Source of the DNA: Lytechinus pictus
Lineage: Eukaryota
Assembly: GCF_037042905.1 (NCBI RefSeq)
Contig: NC_087251.1
Coordinates: 4,280,001 to 4,340,000, forward strand
DNA: 60,000 nucleotides
Direction: 5' to 3'
The notes beneath the pieces were generated by a model. That model did not search any database. It worked only from the letters and a program-made list of their open reading frames with translations, and was not told where the DNA came from. Of this stretch, positions 35,165 through 51,555 are shown in pieces. The translations under genes and the position numbers were made by a program. The number at the start of each line of letters is the position of its first letter. Within the stretch, counting starts at the first letter, position 1.

Positions 35165-38100
35165 CTGATTATACATTACCGTAAAACAGCGTACTACAAA
35201 GCTACGTATAGTGAGTTTCGGACTAGTAGAGATAATCTTTTCCATTCAAAAATGCTTATAGAGCGTACATAACGCCATAATAATCTTAAGCTCTATAAAA
35301 ACGGTCTGTATTGAAACCTATTATACACAGGCCGTTTGTATGCACTATTATAGAGATTAACCTGTTTTTTTTAAATAGACCTATTTTCAAGGAAGGGAAT
35401 GGTGTGTATAAGCATGTATCCTCATCTTAAAAAAAAAAATTAAGGAAAAAAAATATTAACTGCATTTTTGGAAATTAAATCTTAGAAGACTGCGTTTATT
35501 CCCCAGTTTATTCAATAAGTGCTTTGGTATCGATTTGTTTTGGGTCTCGATCCAATCTTTCTCTTCATTCTCTGATAATTTGTTGTGACGTCTCTATTTT
35601 CTTATTGCCCCAAATATTTTTATTGGTTTCCATGTATTTAGCCCAGCCTTTTCTGGCTGCTATGAGTTCAAGTATTTTGCTTACAATAGTTAATGACCAC
35701 TGCATTTTTTTAAATTATTATTACTATAGGCCCTACCTTGGATAAATTCTATATCTGCTTTCTTATAAAATTGTCACATTGTAATGTATTTCATTGTGTC
35801 TATAATGCGATTTAAATGCAAAAACTCCTAGGGGGAAAACAGAGAGAATCTCTCACTTTAACAAAATGCAGATTTGGGCTTCATTTACGTAATAAGAACT
35901 TTGATTCCATAATTATGCATAGTCTTACGTAATTATTTCGGAGAAAATGAATTTAAAGTTTTGCATATTATTGCCATGGGTGACGTGTGTACAAATTTTC
36001 AGTGGCGAACGCACGGTGGAACGGCCGATTTTTTTCCATTCTTTTTTTTATTTTTTCCCCATTTTTGTGGGGGAGAGTGCACAATCCGATGCTACTTCAA
36101 TTCATATAATTATGGCTTTATAAAACAAGAAAATAAAATGCATTTTAAAAGAACGAATCATGGAGAAGATGTTCATTATAAATAATAAAAAGTTCGATAT
36201 TAATTGAAATGGCTGAATAAATTTTTATTTTGCTTATTTCCAACAAACATATACAATTTAATCAATAGATTTAACAATTATAGTATTTCACAATTATATC
36301 CCGTTTTCTCGAGTTAAAATGAAAACAAAAGATGAACAAGATACTTATAATTAATGAACAAAACTGACATCTACCTGCTAAACTAGGTAGGCCTACAGGG
36401 GACAGTGCTTGTAATACCATGAAGGTAAAATGGGCAAGATGGCACTGTTTTAAATATACGCTAAACTAATTTTAATAAAACCAACATTAAAAGAAACACA
36501 GAGTGACGGTTCTAATTAGGATGATTACATCCCGCCTGAAACGCGGAGTTCATTATTAATTTTCAAACGGTATTATTTTTGTATCTGTTACCTTCTAACT
36601 ATACAGTTGATTTTCAACGTTTTAACTAGAGATGGTGCTATAAAACTTAGGAATTTGTTCACAATGATTATACTAGAGTGGAAGACTGTACGATGAAGAG
36701 GAATGTGGTTCAAATAGGTGGATCGAAAAAAAGTAATAACAAATAGATAGACAACGATGGGATGCTACAAAACTATAAATCACTCAATTAATAACTAATT
36801 CTCGCCTCTGTTCACATAACAAATCAGTTCAGTTTCAGAACTTTTCAAATATTTTCCCCTACAAATATATATAATCCTAGCAATAAATTTAACAATTAAA
36901 GTAAACATTGCTTGCAGTATCAAATTTCAATGATAAATTTCAATCGAAATTAACAATACCCATTGCAATAAAAAAACATATATGGATTAACATGTAACGG
37001 AATTCTGATGATAAACCAAATGTTTGATGAATGCAAATAATTCATGATAATAAAAATGTATTAAACTATCGTACGCATTCTATACCTTTACAATATCTGT
37101 ATAAAAAGGGACATAATTGAGAGTAGATCAATTTTTTAATTTTTAAAAGTTTTAATTATATATGTTTTCTTTTACTTTTCGCTCTATATGATTATATTCC
37201 TTTATCAGATAAAATTATTTGATTTTAGCTCAATTATGTTTCAAAAATGTTCTGCAATAAATTTTTCGAAAAACAAACAAATACATTAAAAAAAAACAAT
37301 AAAATACATGAGAAATAACCGTTTTTCAAGCACAATATAAAAAATGAAATACATAAGATCTAACCGTTTTTTGCAAGCACAATATCGTTAGGAATGCTCC
37401 ATAGAATGTTTACGCCAAAAATATCATTTAAAGAGTTTAATCTAGAGCAAAATTATAGAGCAAAATGTAAAATGTATGCATAAATCAACATAATTAATTC
37501 ATACACAAAAATCTAATTATTAACTATACAGACTTGCAGATTTCCGGGGGGGGGGGGGGGGGGCCTGATTAAACCTATTTATGATATTATTTTTAATGTT
37601 GTTATTATTATTATTATTATTATTATTTATTTCTATTGATGTTATCAGTAGTTCAATCCGAAAGAAGTATAGCACCATCTGTAGTTGAAAACGTTGTAAG
37701 GTCGACCGTAATGCTGGTGAGCGTTTCACAAAATGACTTGTCAGATGTTTTATCTGACAAGTCTTTTATTATCAGACATTTACCATAGAAACAGTGTTTC
37801 TCAACAAATAAAAACCATGGAAAGTTGTAAGATCTGACAACTTTTTGTCAGACACAAACATTATTGAATAAAAAAATGACTGAAAATAAAAAGAACAGTA
37901 AATAATCATGATTACGTAATATTGAACTGTACTTTATACTCTATTGTTTGATTTATACCTTGAATTTTTTTAATAATTATGAATATACCTGTATTCCTCA
38001 TTACCTGCCCTGCTTATATGCATTAGTTTTGACTTTTCCGAAAAAACTTTTCTTGGTTTATTATTCTTCCACAACTCCTCCTCTTTTTTGTTCTTAGAAT

Positions 38101-38862
38101 TTATATTTTCTTATTGAATAAATGTTTTTTCTAGATAATTAAGCAAATTAATTTGAGTATTAAGTAAATTATGTCCGTAGAAAAAAGTAGATATATCAGA
38201 TATTTCAAAACACTTTGATATTTCATCCACATCACACAAGACATGCCAAGTATGGTTATGTCCTCCGTTAAAATATTATATTACTTCTTATGATATTCAA
38301 ACCCTGCCTGTGAAAGACCAATTGCATGTCCTGGTTCCCCCAATTTTTTGTATATAATCATATTCATATTTTTTCATATCTGAATGTATTTCTTAAAAGA
38401 GAATTGTAAATACATGATCATTATCATCTCCATCATCATCATCATCATCACCACCATCATCATCGTCATCATCATCATCATCATTATCATCATTATCATA
38501 ACAGACACGACAACATCTTGTGCGTTTTCCTAGTTATATTCTTTGCCTGAATTGTGATCTGATTAGACTTCGGACCCTTCGGTTATTATTAAGTTTTACT
38601 TATTATAGGCCTTTCTTTTTCATGGCTTAAAAACTAGAAGAAGAATCTGATGCTAAGAATATTCATACGATTTTTTTTTGTGAAAAGTGTATTTTCTGCT
38701 TGGAATGTTTGATATCATAATTATTTTACCTTTATTAAGTGCCCTTTTCATTCACCTTTAGACCTGATGGAAAACCCTAGGCCTGTGTTTATTAAAAACA
38801 AATGAGAGTATAGCATCATAAGAAAATAAGAAAGTTAAAAACTAGTTCTGCAGTATTTCAAT

Positions 38863-38983
38863 CAGTAGCGTACCGTGACTCGGAGGAGACAAAGCATTGG
38901 GGGGGCAAAGCATTGTTCACAGACAATTAATGCACTGCCCCCCCCCCAATGCTTTGTCTCCTGCGGTTCACGGTACGCTACTG
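38863..38983. mobile_element. 121-bp hAT-like MITE
   Basis: TIRs of about 40 bp (CAGTAGCGTACCGTGA..GGAGACAAAGCATTGGGGGGG); perfect 8-bp TSD ATTTCAAT at 38855-38862 and 38984-38991. Confidence 0.88.
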
Positions 38984-39039
38984 ATTTCAATCCATATCAA
39001 TGGGGCAAATATTTAAGAATCAAAGCAGATTAGAGACCA

Positions 39040-39215
39040 AAAAGAAAGCATGCATGTGCTGAAGCAACGAGAGGACCGACGGCTTAAGGTCCTCACCGAG
39101 GGACCTTGTAATGAGGACTAATGCCTTACCAAAGTGCACTAGCGCACCAAGTGAAAATTGAACCCGGGTCACCGGAATCCGACCCCCCCCCCCTATACCG
39201 ACTGAGCTATTGCAC
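39040..39215 (-). mobile_element. tRNA-derived SINE
   Basis: Minus strand has an A box TAGCTCAGTCGG and a B-box-like GGTTCAATT, then a body containing TAAGCCGTCGGTCC that resembles conserved invertebrate SINE cores; no complete cloverleaf. Confidence 0.7.
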
Positions 39216-39299
39216 AATAATATTCAATTTTTGTATGAATCCATTGGTCATTATAATTTCGTAAACTGGCTATGAACATAAAATTATGATACTATTATA

Positions 39300-40198
39300 G
39301 TCACGTATTGTATTACCGGACACTATTGTGATTCCGGACGCGCATATAAATGCGTTCGAAAACAATTTCATACCGTAAGACTTCCGCAATTCATTTTCAC
39401 AGATCAACATAGAACAAGATTGCAAAAACAAGGCGAAAAAAAATCAAATTTCTACCTTATTTATCTCTAAAATGACAGAAAATGCTTAAAATATCATATA
39501 ACATAGTTTTGCATTAACAATTGAATGAATTGATATATTTTCTAACGAAAATATGGGCCTGATTTGCCGAATTTCAATCTCGTCGGCTCCTTCAATCGAA
39601 TGATGAGGTGAGGTGTATTGTGGGTGATCGTCGACGGCTAGTTCTCAAGGTACCGTGCGCGAGGTTTACCGTGAGTAGAGCCGTCGACGATCGGCTGCGC
39701 ATATGCGCATCGATAGAACTTGATGAGCGTCACGATACGAACGCGCACTGGAAAGTGTTATGAAACATGCAGCTAACCAAAAAATAAAAAATAAATTAAG
39801 TTATCAAACAAGAATTTATTACCAACATTTGATCAGATTCGATATAAAAAAAGCAACAAAAAGTTAGAATTTATTCATGATATGCATGATATAAGAAGAA
39901 AAAAAATCACAGAAATTTATTCTTACATCATTATAATCAAAGGATATCTTTACCCGTCCGGCGCGCGTCCGGAATCATGATGTAATTTGTCGCGCACGAA
40001 AATAATTGTTTTTCGTGGAGGGGTATGCGGCAAGTGCGATGCAAAGAAAATGGTTGGTAAATATAAAATAATTTTATCATATTAATAATTTTCATAATAT
40101 TTGGAAAAGCAAGTGCGAATTTTTCTTGATTGTATTTCCTCTAGTTGTCATTTTTAAAGCACTGAAATAAAGGTGTCCGGCAATAGGATACACTGCCA
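39300..40198. mobile_element. Probable degraded TIR DNA element
   Basis: Imperfect inverted ends GTATTGTATTACCGGACAC/GTGTCCGGCAATAGGATAC; inner inverted pair GATTCCGGACGCGC (~39330)/GCGCGTCCGGAATC (~39963). No clear TSD. Confidence 0.5.
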
Positions 40199-40462
40199 TA
40201 CTAACATTATTGTAAATGTGTAACTAAATTCGAAACTGTATGTTATAATTCGACTGGGCGTATGATATTGTTCCCCATTATATTAGAATCCTAGATCATT
40301 GCTTATCCCGGCTCTTTATATCGAAAAAGGACCTTATTGAGATACAAAAAGCTTCAGTGTCTCTTAGTTGCTTTTGCTTTTAAAATGCGTCAAAAAGAGA
40401 AAAAAAATCCACAATAAGATTAGTGGACCCATCTGAGGACTGGGCGAGGTGGTAGGTGTAAC

Positions 40463-40642
40463 CATAGGCGGCGGAAGCAGGGGGGGGGGGGTCCTGTCCC
40501 CCCTAAATTTGAGGTGGGGGGACGGACTCCCTCCTAAAATTTCTGTTGATAACTTTTTTTTTGCTCGTCCAATTTTTTTTACCTGTGACCATCCAAAAAT
40601 TTTAGGTGGACCCCCTAAATTTGTTGGCTTCCGCCGCCAATA
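40463..40642. mobile_element. hAT-like MITE upstream of PLEKHH
   Basis: TIRs CATAGGCGGCGGAAGC/GCTTCCGCCGCCAATA; 8-bp TSD GGTGTAAC/GGCGTAAC with one mismatch. Confidence 0.8.
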
Positions 40643-41223
40643 GGCGTAACGCATGCACACAGTCAGTGACGAATTGAGTCAAAGTGGGAAAGAGATGGCA
40701 TAATATTGGGGCAAAGAATTTCAAAAAGTTGCAAGCAAGCAAAGCGGGTGAGAAAAATGAATAATATTGGGGGGGGGGGATCCGTGGCTCATTTGCACGC
40801 CAGTTCACAAACTTAAGAAATGAGACCATTGTACATGTATTTATACAACTCATTTTTGAAAAGGTTGAAAGGCGAACTGATATTAGCAGTCGTAGTTTTA
40901 GCATTCATTTTCGGTGCCCTCAATGGACGGACGTCTTCAAGTTCAGGGCTCAATCATGCTAGCACAGACTCCTTTTGTACACGAATGAGTCATCAATCTT
41001 TACGCATGCACTGCACTGGGTACTGCTGCACAAGTGTGCTGGCACTAGCGCTGTAACTGGATCGCGGAGTGAAGTCTAGAGAGGCTTCGAACAAAAACGG
41101 TAGCAGACGAAATTTTTGCGAATAGGTTGTGCGGCTCTGCTTATGAGCGCCGTATTCCTAGGATTCTGTCGCCTATATCGGTTATTATTTCCAATTATGC
41201 TCCAAGGTTATACTTGTAATTAG

Positions 41224-41502
<279 letters not shown>

Positions 41503-41744
41503 TAATGATTTTAGATTTTGAATTTAAATTATTTGAATTAAAAAACTCACTTAAAAAAAATTCAGAGATTTTAAATGGCCACGAATGGAAGCAAATGCAC
41601 TGGAAATTTTGGAATAAATATCGCACCTCATCTTTTAATTAAATTTTCACCCTGATAAGGATATTTTATTGTCATTGCTTTACTTTAAATTTCAGTCTAG
41701 CTGCCTTGGATGAAAATTACAATAGTGTTGAAATTGTATCTGCC

Positions 41745-42680
41745 TGACATCACCACCATTATCTTCATCATCATCACCATAATTTACCACCGTTATAATT
41801 GTTATCACCACAACCATCCTCATCACCATCACTACCACCACCAATATCACCATCACCAATATCACCATCACCATCATCATCACCACATCATCATCACCAC
41901 ATCATCATCACCACCATCATCATCATCACCATCATCATCATCACCTTCATCATTATCACCTTCATCATTATCATCATCATTACCACCACCATCATCATCA
42001 CGATTATCATCATCATCATCACCTTTATCAATATTGTTATCAATATCACCAAATCATCATCATCATCATCATCACCATCACCACCATTATCTTAATCACC
42101 ACCACCATCATCATTACCATCATCATTACCATCATCATCATCATCACCTTCACCATCATCAACACCGTCATCATCACCTTCATCATCATCATCACCACTA
42201 TGATCTTCATCATCACCCCCACCATCCTCATCTTCATCATCATCCTCATCACCATTCACCACCATCATCTTCATCACCATGCACCATCACCACCACCACC
42301 ACTATAATTATCATCACCACCATCATTATCACCACCACCATCCTCATAGCCACCACTCTCATCATCATCATCCTCATCAGCAGTTTCTTAATCATTACCG
42401 TCTTCACCATTTTCATCATATCTATCGATCATTGCCCCCATAATCATCATCACTGATACCATCACTCCCGCTACCATCCTCATCTTTGTCATCATCACCA
42501 CCATCATCATCGCCACCATTATCGCCAACACCACCATCATCATCTTTAATATCATCATCATCATCACCTTCATATTCATATCATCATGATCATGATCATC
42601 ATTATCATCATTATGGCCATCCTCATCCTGGTTATCATCATCATCATCTTCATCAACATGATATTTATCAGCATCATTAT
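41745..42680. repeat. ~0.9-kb degenerate (CAT/CAC)n trinucleotide tract
   Basis: Continuous CAT/CAC/TAT triplets; produces spurious His-, Ser- and Ile-rich ORFs in all frames. Confidence 0.95.
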
Positions 42681-43018
42681 GATATTTTGACATTAGCTTT
42701 TATTTCAACACATTTTACTGAAATTGATGTAGGGTAAATGATATAATAATAAGAAAGAAATGGACATGTAGATTTATTTCACTAAGTTTGTTCAATATTG
42801 TTTATATTAATTGTGATGCAACCATTGTATTAATCATTTGTCTCATGATGTAATTGGAATCATGAGATGTTCATGGAAACATTTTCATCTCTTTTGCATT
42901 TATTTATTAAGAACTAAACAGTAAAATGAAGAAGTGATAACCTGCTGTTGGAACTTGAGAGAGGTAGAGGGGAGAAAGAGATAAGAAAACAAAGAGAGAG
43001 CAAGAGGGGGTGGAGGAG

Positions 43019-43021
<3 letters not shown>

Positions 43022-43057
<36 letters not shown>
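43022..43057. repeat. (GA)n microsatellite
   Basis: Pure AG run seen directly. Confidence 0.9.
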
Positions 43058-43062
<5 letters not shown>

Positions 43063-43453
43063 AGTCGGGATGGGGAGGAGTCAAAATGGGGGGTCCTAAT
43101 CTCCTAATCAAGTGCATTAAATTACTATTTCGTTCTCAATCAATTTTTGACTATGACAGTGAAATGATTTTGAATAATGCAACATGATGTAATTGAAATG
43201 AACAGAGAGGAAGATTGCATTAGGTCAGGACGAAGGCTGGTTGGTGGAAGGTGAAAAAATGATGTCATGGGTTAGTAATGAGGCCAAGGCATGTTATGAA
43301 AACCTGGCTACAGGCCATTCTCTGTCAACATCTCTCTGACCTTCTCAAGTATTCCTCATCTCCACCATCAAGAAGGAGTGAGTGGAAGGGAAAGGTCGCA
43401 TCTCTAGTCTACCTCCAGTTTCTGATTAGCCTGCATCCAGTGTGGATGGAGAG

Positions 43454-43645
43454 TAGTCTGCAGGTACAGACCCTTGGTTTTCACAATTCACACAGTGCAT
43501 AATGCAGAGTCTGGATTAGTGAGACTAGATTCACTATGTACTGTGGCTGGCTATTTGGCACAGACAAAGTCTTTTGAGTCTAATCTTTACTGTCTAGACC
43601 TGTTATTGGTTGAAGTGTCAAATACGAGTCTGTGCCTGTAGACTA
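43454..43645. mobile_element. Small TIR element with TAGTCT termini and a 9-bp TSD (unclassified)
   Basis: TIRs TAGTCTGCAGGTACAGAC/GTCTGTGCCTGTAGACTA; flanks GATGGAGAG/GGTGGAGAG. Confidence 0.6.
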
Positions 43646-43957
43646 GGTGGAGAGAGGGGACAAGAGCCACATGCTCTATACCTATCCATACCTTGAAGAT
43701 TGGAGAAAGAAAGCAGAAAATGAAGTTTACAAAAAATTCTTGGAAGTTTTATCATCTTCACATTGTACAGCCAAATGATCTGAAGAACATCCATGTTCAA
43801 TAAATTGAAGGGGGGTTGATTTTTACACTTCGCCTGCAGATTGTTTTCCCTTGTTACTTTATTGTTGAATATTTTCTGACAAATTGCCTTGAGTTGCCTA
43901 GTTCAAGTATCTTGAGTGTAACCCTGCCCTTCATTCCTTCAAACACAATGATGATGG

Positions 43958-43996
<39 letters not shown>

Positions 43997-46505
43997 ATTT
44001 AACAATTTATGCTCTGAAATATTTGTTGTTAGTTAAATTCTTTCTAGCATTTTATTCAATTATATTAAAAATACACTGGTTTAATTATCTTAAGATTTAG
44101 GACAAGAAATCATCTCAAAAGTTGATGTACTAGCTGCACACTGGATTTATATTGACAAATTGAAATTATGCATTCATTTTTAAAATCAAAAGTGAGGAAA
44201 ATGCTTTTAATTTTGACAAAGGGTTCTCATTCATTTTCCTTGTCAAAATCTGATTTTAGAACGGTTATTCTTTGACACAGGAAGCAGGAAATTGGTAATT
44301 GTCCAAATGGTGTTCCCAGGTCTCTGATAAGAATAAACTATGGAATATGGGACACTTTTCTACCATCGCTTTGTAATTTTTTAAATAATTGTTTTAGACA
44401 CAAATTGATATCACTGCGAAAACAATCTTTTATAAAAATTAGAAAAGAAAAATATCAACTTTAATGTAAAAGCCCATCTATCTCCATGTCAAAGGGAAGC
44501 ATTGGGCAGGCTCTCAGTTTGTTTATTGCGTATAAAGTGTTGATTAAAAGGGGCATCTTAAGATAAAAGAATGATTCGGTATATTTATCAGTAAAGCCTA
44601 AAGTGTTTGATATTCAATCAGAAATGCAATAGATTTTATGAGCTTTATTTTTTGTAGTTGCTAGCCAATAAGTCAGAAGAGATGTTTGACTAGTACTTAA
44701 GTACATAATAAGCTATAATTGCCCTCCTTTCTCAACCGTCTTAGGAACATTTGATCATTATTGTACGTCAAGACAGTTTGTTGTTACTAATCTCTCAAAT
44801 CCTCTTTTATTCTTCATAAATTCACTGATGCAAGACTGTCAATATTTGATTGTCTGGTCTTTGGTACCTATAAATGGCCATATTAGAGTGGGTTGGTCCA
44901 TCCTTACAAAGTAATACAGTCCCTGTAATAAGGGCTATAGATAGTTGCCAAGCATGTGTCATCATGTATGTGATGTAGACTCTCTATTGTGAAGCCATCT
45001 GCCCCCATACAACAGTCACCCATCGTCAGACTATTACTGTGAATTACTGTGGAAAGGGGATCCCCTTTGTTATGAACTCCATCCGTAGAGTGCATTGTCT
45101 CTTGCGTGTCGCCATATTGTACATGTAGGCTGTAGAGATGGGAGGGAAACTGCTGATGCTTTCCGCTGCACACGCTCACACTCACAAATGCCCACCCTCT
45201 TGCACAGTTAGGAAAGCTTGAGTGGCAGAAGCATAATTTAGTTATTGTGAGGTCATATGGCGGACACAATGTGTTACTATGTGTATTGGGAACTGCCAGC
45301 TTAGCTTCGGAGTATATCGGAAACATTTTAAATGTATAGGCCCTGGTAGACTGCAGATATGAATGAAATTTTCAATCTCATATTAATAATTAATCTACAC
45401 AAATTATACACATGTGATATAAGTCTTTTTCTTTTAAAAACAATCTCCAGTTTTGCATACATGTACAAGTATAGATCATTAATTTCTTTTGTGTACATTT
45501 CTTTTCTAGTAAAAAATAGATTATTTCTCTCTAGATGGGGATGGGGGGGGGCATACAATATGATAAAATGAACAGGTACCCATTCATTGGGTCCTTCATT
45601 TCAAAGAGAAATTTGAGCATTATTACTTTATTACTCAAAAAAGGCTACCAGCATATTTTGATGGTATGTTTCGGGAGCTCTTTGTACTTAATCTTTTGAT
45701 TGAAAAGATTTAAAGATCCTATTTTTTTTTATTTAGCCCTATTTTCTTTGAATTCTTTCTTTAGTTGTGTTTCTAAGAGCCCTGAAATGCAGCACCACAT
45801 CCTTACGGATCTGATTTTCTTTTGTGACAATTACTTAGGGTTTGCTTTTAAACCAAATTGAAAAAAAAGAAATCTTGTGCAAACTTTAGGAACTGCGCTG
45901 TTAGTATTGAATTGGGATCCTTTTTACGTTAGCTGCTCATTTGGCAAATGGTCGTGGTGTTAAATCTGTCTTTTTGCAGGACCAGCAAGTACAGCATTAA
46001 AAGAGAAAGAATGGTCCAATGCAATTTTGGGGGCCAGGGGCCAATGCCATTTAAGCCCCACTAAAAGTACGACTAAGCAAGAATTTGTCAATTGTAAAAA
46101 AAAACCTTCAGTGTGTGGACCTACCATGTTCTATGATAGTATCTGTTCTGAAGATGTTGGGATATTGCAAAGTGATTGCCCCAGCTGTTGGGATACTTGA
46201 AATTCAAATGAATCAGGAAGTTATACTTTGACTTGGCTTCTGCAAAGTTCTGTTTCTATCTGATAAGGGATTGACCATCATAAACGTGTCCTACATCTCA
46301 ATTTATTTTTTATTTTGAGGGATGTTGGCCTGATTCAACTGTCAATATATAACCCCCCTTATTTGTGCAAGAAAAAAGGGAGAGAGAGGGCAATGAAGGG
46401 AGAGAGAGAAAAAAAGATGAAAATAAAAAAAGGAAATAGAAAAAAGTGGAAGAATAAATTAACAAGAGAGGGAGCTTCAGCTTGGAATGGAAGATTAGGA
46501 AAATA

Positions 46506-46971
46506 AGAGGCCGTTCTCATTACGCTTTCTAAAACTAGTCTACTGGAAACCGATTCAGGAAACCACTTTGGAAGATCGCTTTGCTAGCGTTCTCACTTGA
46601 TCACACGAAAGTGGTTTTCAAAATCACTTCACGTAAAGCGCTCTTGTTGCTATGGAAACGCTCTCAGTGGGGTGACACGTTTCGCGCGAAATTCGAAACC
46701 GCAGCATAGGCATTCTACACCTGTCGTGTGGAGTAGCGCACTCAAAATGTGCGAAGATCGCTTCCCGAAGAACGGTTGTGTCCTCACTTACGCTAAAACC
46801 ACTTTAACGAGGCAAAGCGATCTTGAAAACTACATCGCGAGGTGGTCTTCCAAACTGGTTTGGAAGAGCGCTTCCAAGAGCGCTTCGACCGTTCTCACTT
46901 AGCGTTAAACTAGTTTCCACTAAACTAGTTTCCACTAAACTAGTTTAAGGAACTGAGTGAGAACAGCCTCT
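46506..46971. mobile_element. MITE, probably Harbinger-like (TA/TWA target)
   Basis: TIRs AGAGGCCGTTCTCA/TGAGAACAGCCTCT flanked by TA; internal repeated GTTCTCAC, AAGATCGCTT and AAACTAGT motifs. Confidence 0.72.
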
Positions 46972-47563
46972 TAGAGAGAGGAAGAGCACGAAATCATATG
47001 CAAATGCATTTTGCGAAGCACTGAATGTGAAGCATTAAACCCTCATTCTGAGTAGGCATGGTCTTTAAGCTCCATGATTTTTACGATATTCATGTAAGTC
47101 AATACACGTTTTTGCATGAAAAACTTTTTAAAAAGATAATTTAGAAATGAGTCAGACCAATGATGTCCAAATATGGATGGTCAGACTCTGAGCTTAATCA
47201 ACCCACCAAGTTCCCTTAGACCCAACCCATCATTATATATCTGATCTTTGTTTGAGTCGAGTATAAAGGGATCTAGCCCAATCTTGTATGTGCGCCATAC
47301 ATCATTACATCAGTGCCTATCTTCAGCATTTGTTGTTAAAAATAAAGCATACTACAGAACTTATTCAATATTTATCATTAGGTGGTCTGTCTCTGACCGA
47401 TCACCTCTTTATTTAATCAGAATTTTCTTTATTATTCATTTTTTGCACCAATGTTTGTCGCCAACTTTTCTCTGAATTGGCTATATCAATTTTCTGAATT
47501 TTTCGTCATATATAGAGTCTATCATAGAGACGCGTTACTAAGCTTTTCAAGGTCATCTGGTCA

Positions 47564-48552
47564 TTTTGTTTGTTTTGTTTGTTTGTTTTATTTTTATTTC
47601 TGCGTTCACAATACATTTTCATAAATATTTACATTGTTTGTAATATACAAAATAATTCATAATGCATACAATATAAACATAATACATAATTTGAAGAAAA
47701 AAAATGGTGTGGGCATATACTTCACATTTTGATAATAAAAAGGAACATTAACAAAATTTAATGAACGCAGGAGACCGCCATCGTGAGCGGTTAAGCTTGT
47801 AATTGATGGCGGCCTCATAAAAAGGGTTTGTGACTATGATTGGTATAATTAATGAACAAGTGGGTGCAATGCAGGTGCAGGTGCGGGTGCAGAAGATAGC
47901 TGTAGAATTTATATTTTTCATTTAATTTATAGTGGTAAATGTGGATTAATTTGAAGGTTGGGATGAATAAGATCGAATGATATTTCTTTTAACAGTTGAT
48001 TTTAAAGAGTATAAAGTGGAACAAGATTTAATATTTTCTGCAAGATTATTCCAAATGTCTGGACCATGATGTCGAATTGATTTAGAGGTAATTAACAGTC
48101 TGGGGTTTGTGAGATGAAAGTTTCCAGATGTACGAGTTGGGTAGGTATGGACAGAACTATTGAACTTAAACATATCATCAAAAGACGAAGGGAGTAGGTT
48201 ATTAATATACTTAAACATAATGATAGCTACTTGAAGAGTATACAAGTCGGCAACTTTTAGTGTTTTCTGTTTGAAAAATAATGGATCAGTGTGAGCCAAG
48301 TAATGAGATCCTGTACAAATGCGAATAACTCTCTTTTGTAATTTGAAAATAGAAGTCAGCTTTGTTGAGCCACAATTAGCCCAAACAACGTTACAATAAG
48401 TAATATACGGGAGTACTAAGGAATTGTACAATAGGAATAAAGTTTTAAGAGGCAAAATAAATTTTAACTTAGAAATAATTCCAATGCTTCTCGAAATACA
48501 CATTGTAATATGGTGCAGATGCTCATTCCAAGATAAAGCTTCATCTATGATA
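47564..48552 (-). mobile_element. 5'-truncated CR1/L2-group LINE (Crack/Daphne-like): ORF2 C-terminus and 3'UTR
   Basis: ORF 47946-48503 LYNSLVLPYITYCNVVW..KLQKRVIR..HTDPLF..GPDIWNNL is a typical post-RT region; AATAAA and an (AAAC)n tail near 47564-47598. Confidence 0.85.
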
Positions 48553-49769
48553 ACATGATGACGTCATCGAGGTGCCATTTTGTAAAATTCTTTATTTGAT
48601 CATATCTACATAACAGATTATCAATAATCAATCTTATTTTCATCAAATAAACTTTAGGTCAAAGGTCGACTGTCAATATCATCAAAGGTCATGTAGAGGT
48701 CATGACGCGCGCGTATGTGCGCGTCAAAATTTAAAAATCCTCAAAATGACCTATAATTAATTTTGGGTACGTTTCAAGTCATTTTAAGCATTTCAACATT
48801 TTGCGTGCGGGCACGTATGTGCGTGCGTTTTCGTGCGTAACGGCGTTTATTCATTGATGTTATAACTCTGATCAAATTGAAACTTCGATCAGCTCTCTAT
48901 GATCATTTATAAGGGAATGAGCACCCACTAAAGTTTGCAGCACACGTGCACGCGACCTCATTCCATAGGCTCTATATCATGGGCAAAAACATGCCTATTA
49001 AAAATTCACTGTAGCTCTTCAGAACGAACGGGACCCCCGATTTTTTTTTAATATTTCGATAGATTATGAATCATAGATATGATTTCATGTCTCATTAGAC
49101 CCTCAATTATATTATGACGTCATCAAAATGGTGTCGGAACTCAAAATATCAGTTGTGGGTGTTAAGACGTCACAATAAATATGCAAATTTGACTTTAACT
49201 CCGTGAATATTGGTCAATTTTCGCCCAATTTTGGATATGTTGTAGCTTAGGACTTACTCTTTCTGGATTATTGCCTTTATTTTTAAAAAGATCATCCTAA
49301 AAAATGGCAAATTATAACGGCATGTCATTTTTGCTCATTTTGTGTGTAATCTCTATGGGACATGACTTTGTCTCAAAACCAGATTCTACATTCCTCTATA
49401 TCGTGAGCCATATCTCCATTTTTTCTCGTCAGTTTTCCCTGAGCTTTTAGTATGTTGTAGCTGAAATTCTAAGCTTTTGCAATGTTGCCTTCTTTTTCTG
49501 ATCGGATGCCGGAATCATGCCCGTATTGCACTTGCAAAATTGGATTTCAGATTATCGTATTTGCATACATGTAAAGTCTATGGGAAATATTGTAGCTCAA
49601 TCGGTAAGGCGTCTGACTTGCATCTCGTTCAGTCATGCGGGCAGGGGGTTGAGTCCGAGGGTGAACATTATTTTTTTTACTATCTTGCACACGATCATTT
49701 ATAAGAATTCCAATGAATAATAGTTAGAATATTACAAAATAAAACAGATTATAATTTCTTTCTTCATAT

Positions 49770-51555
<1,786 letters not shown>

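Noticed and set aside
39140..39215. Second tRNA gene
   Set aside because: No complete cloverleaf, and it continues into a SINE-like body.
41692..42737. His/Ser/Ile/Asp-rich ORFs up to 248 aa
   Set aside because: All frames are open because of the CAT/CAC microsatellite; no splice or domain support.
44904..45326. 140-aa minus-strand ORF
   Set aside because: No recognisable motif or convincing splice signals; probably chance or a decayed repeat.
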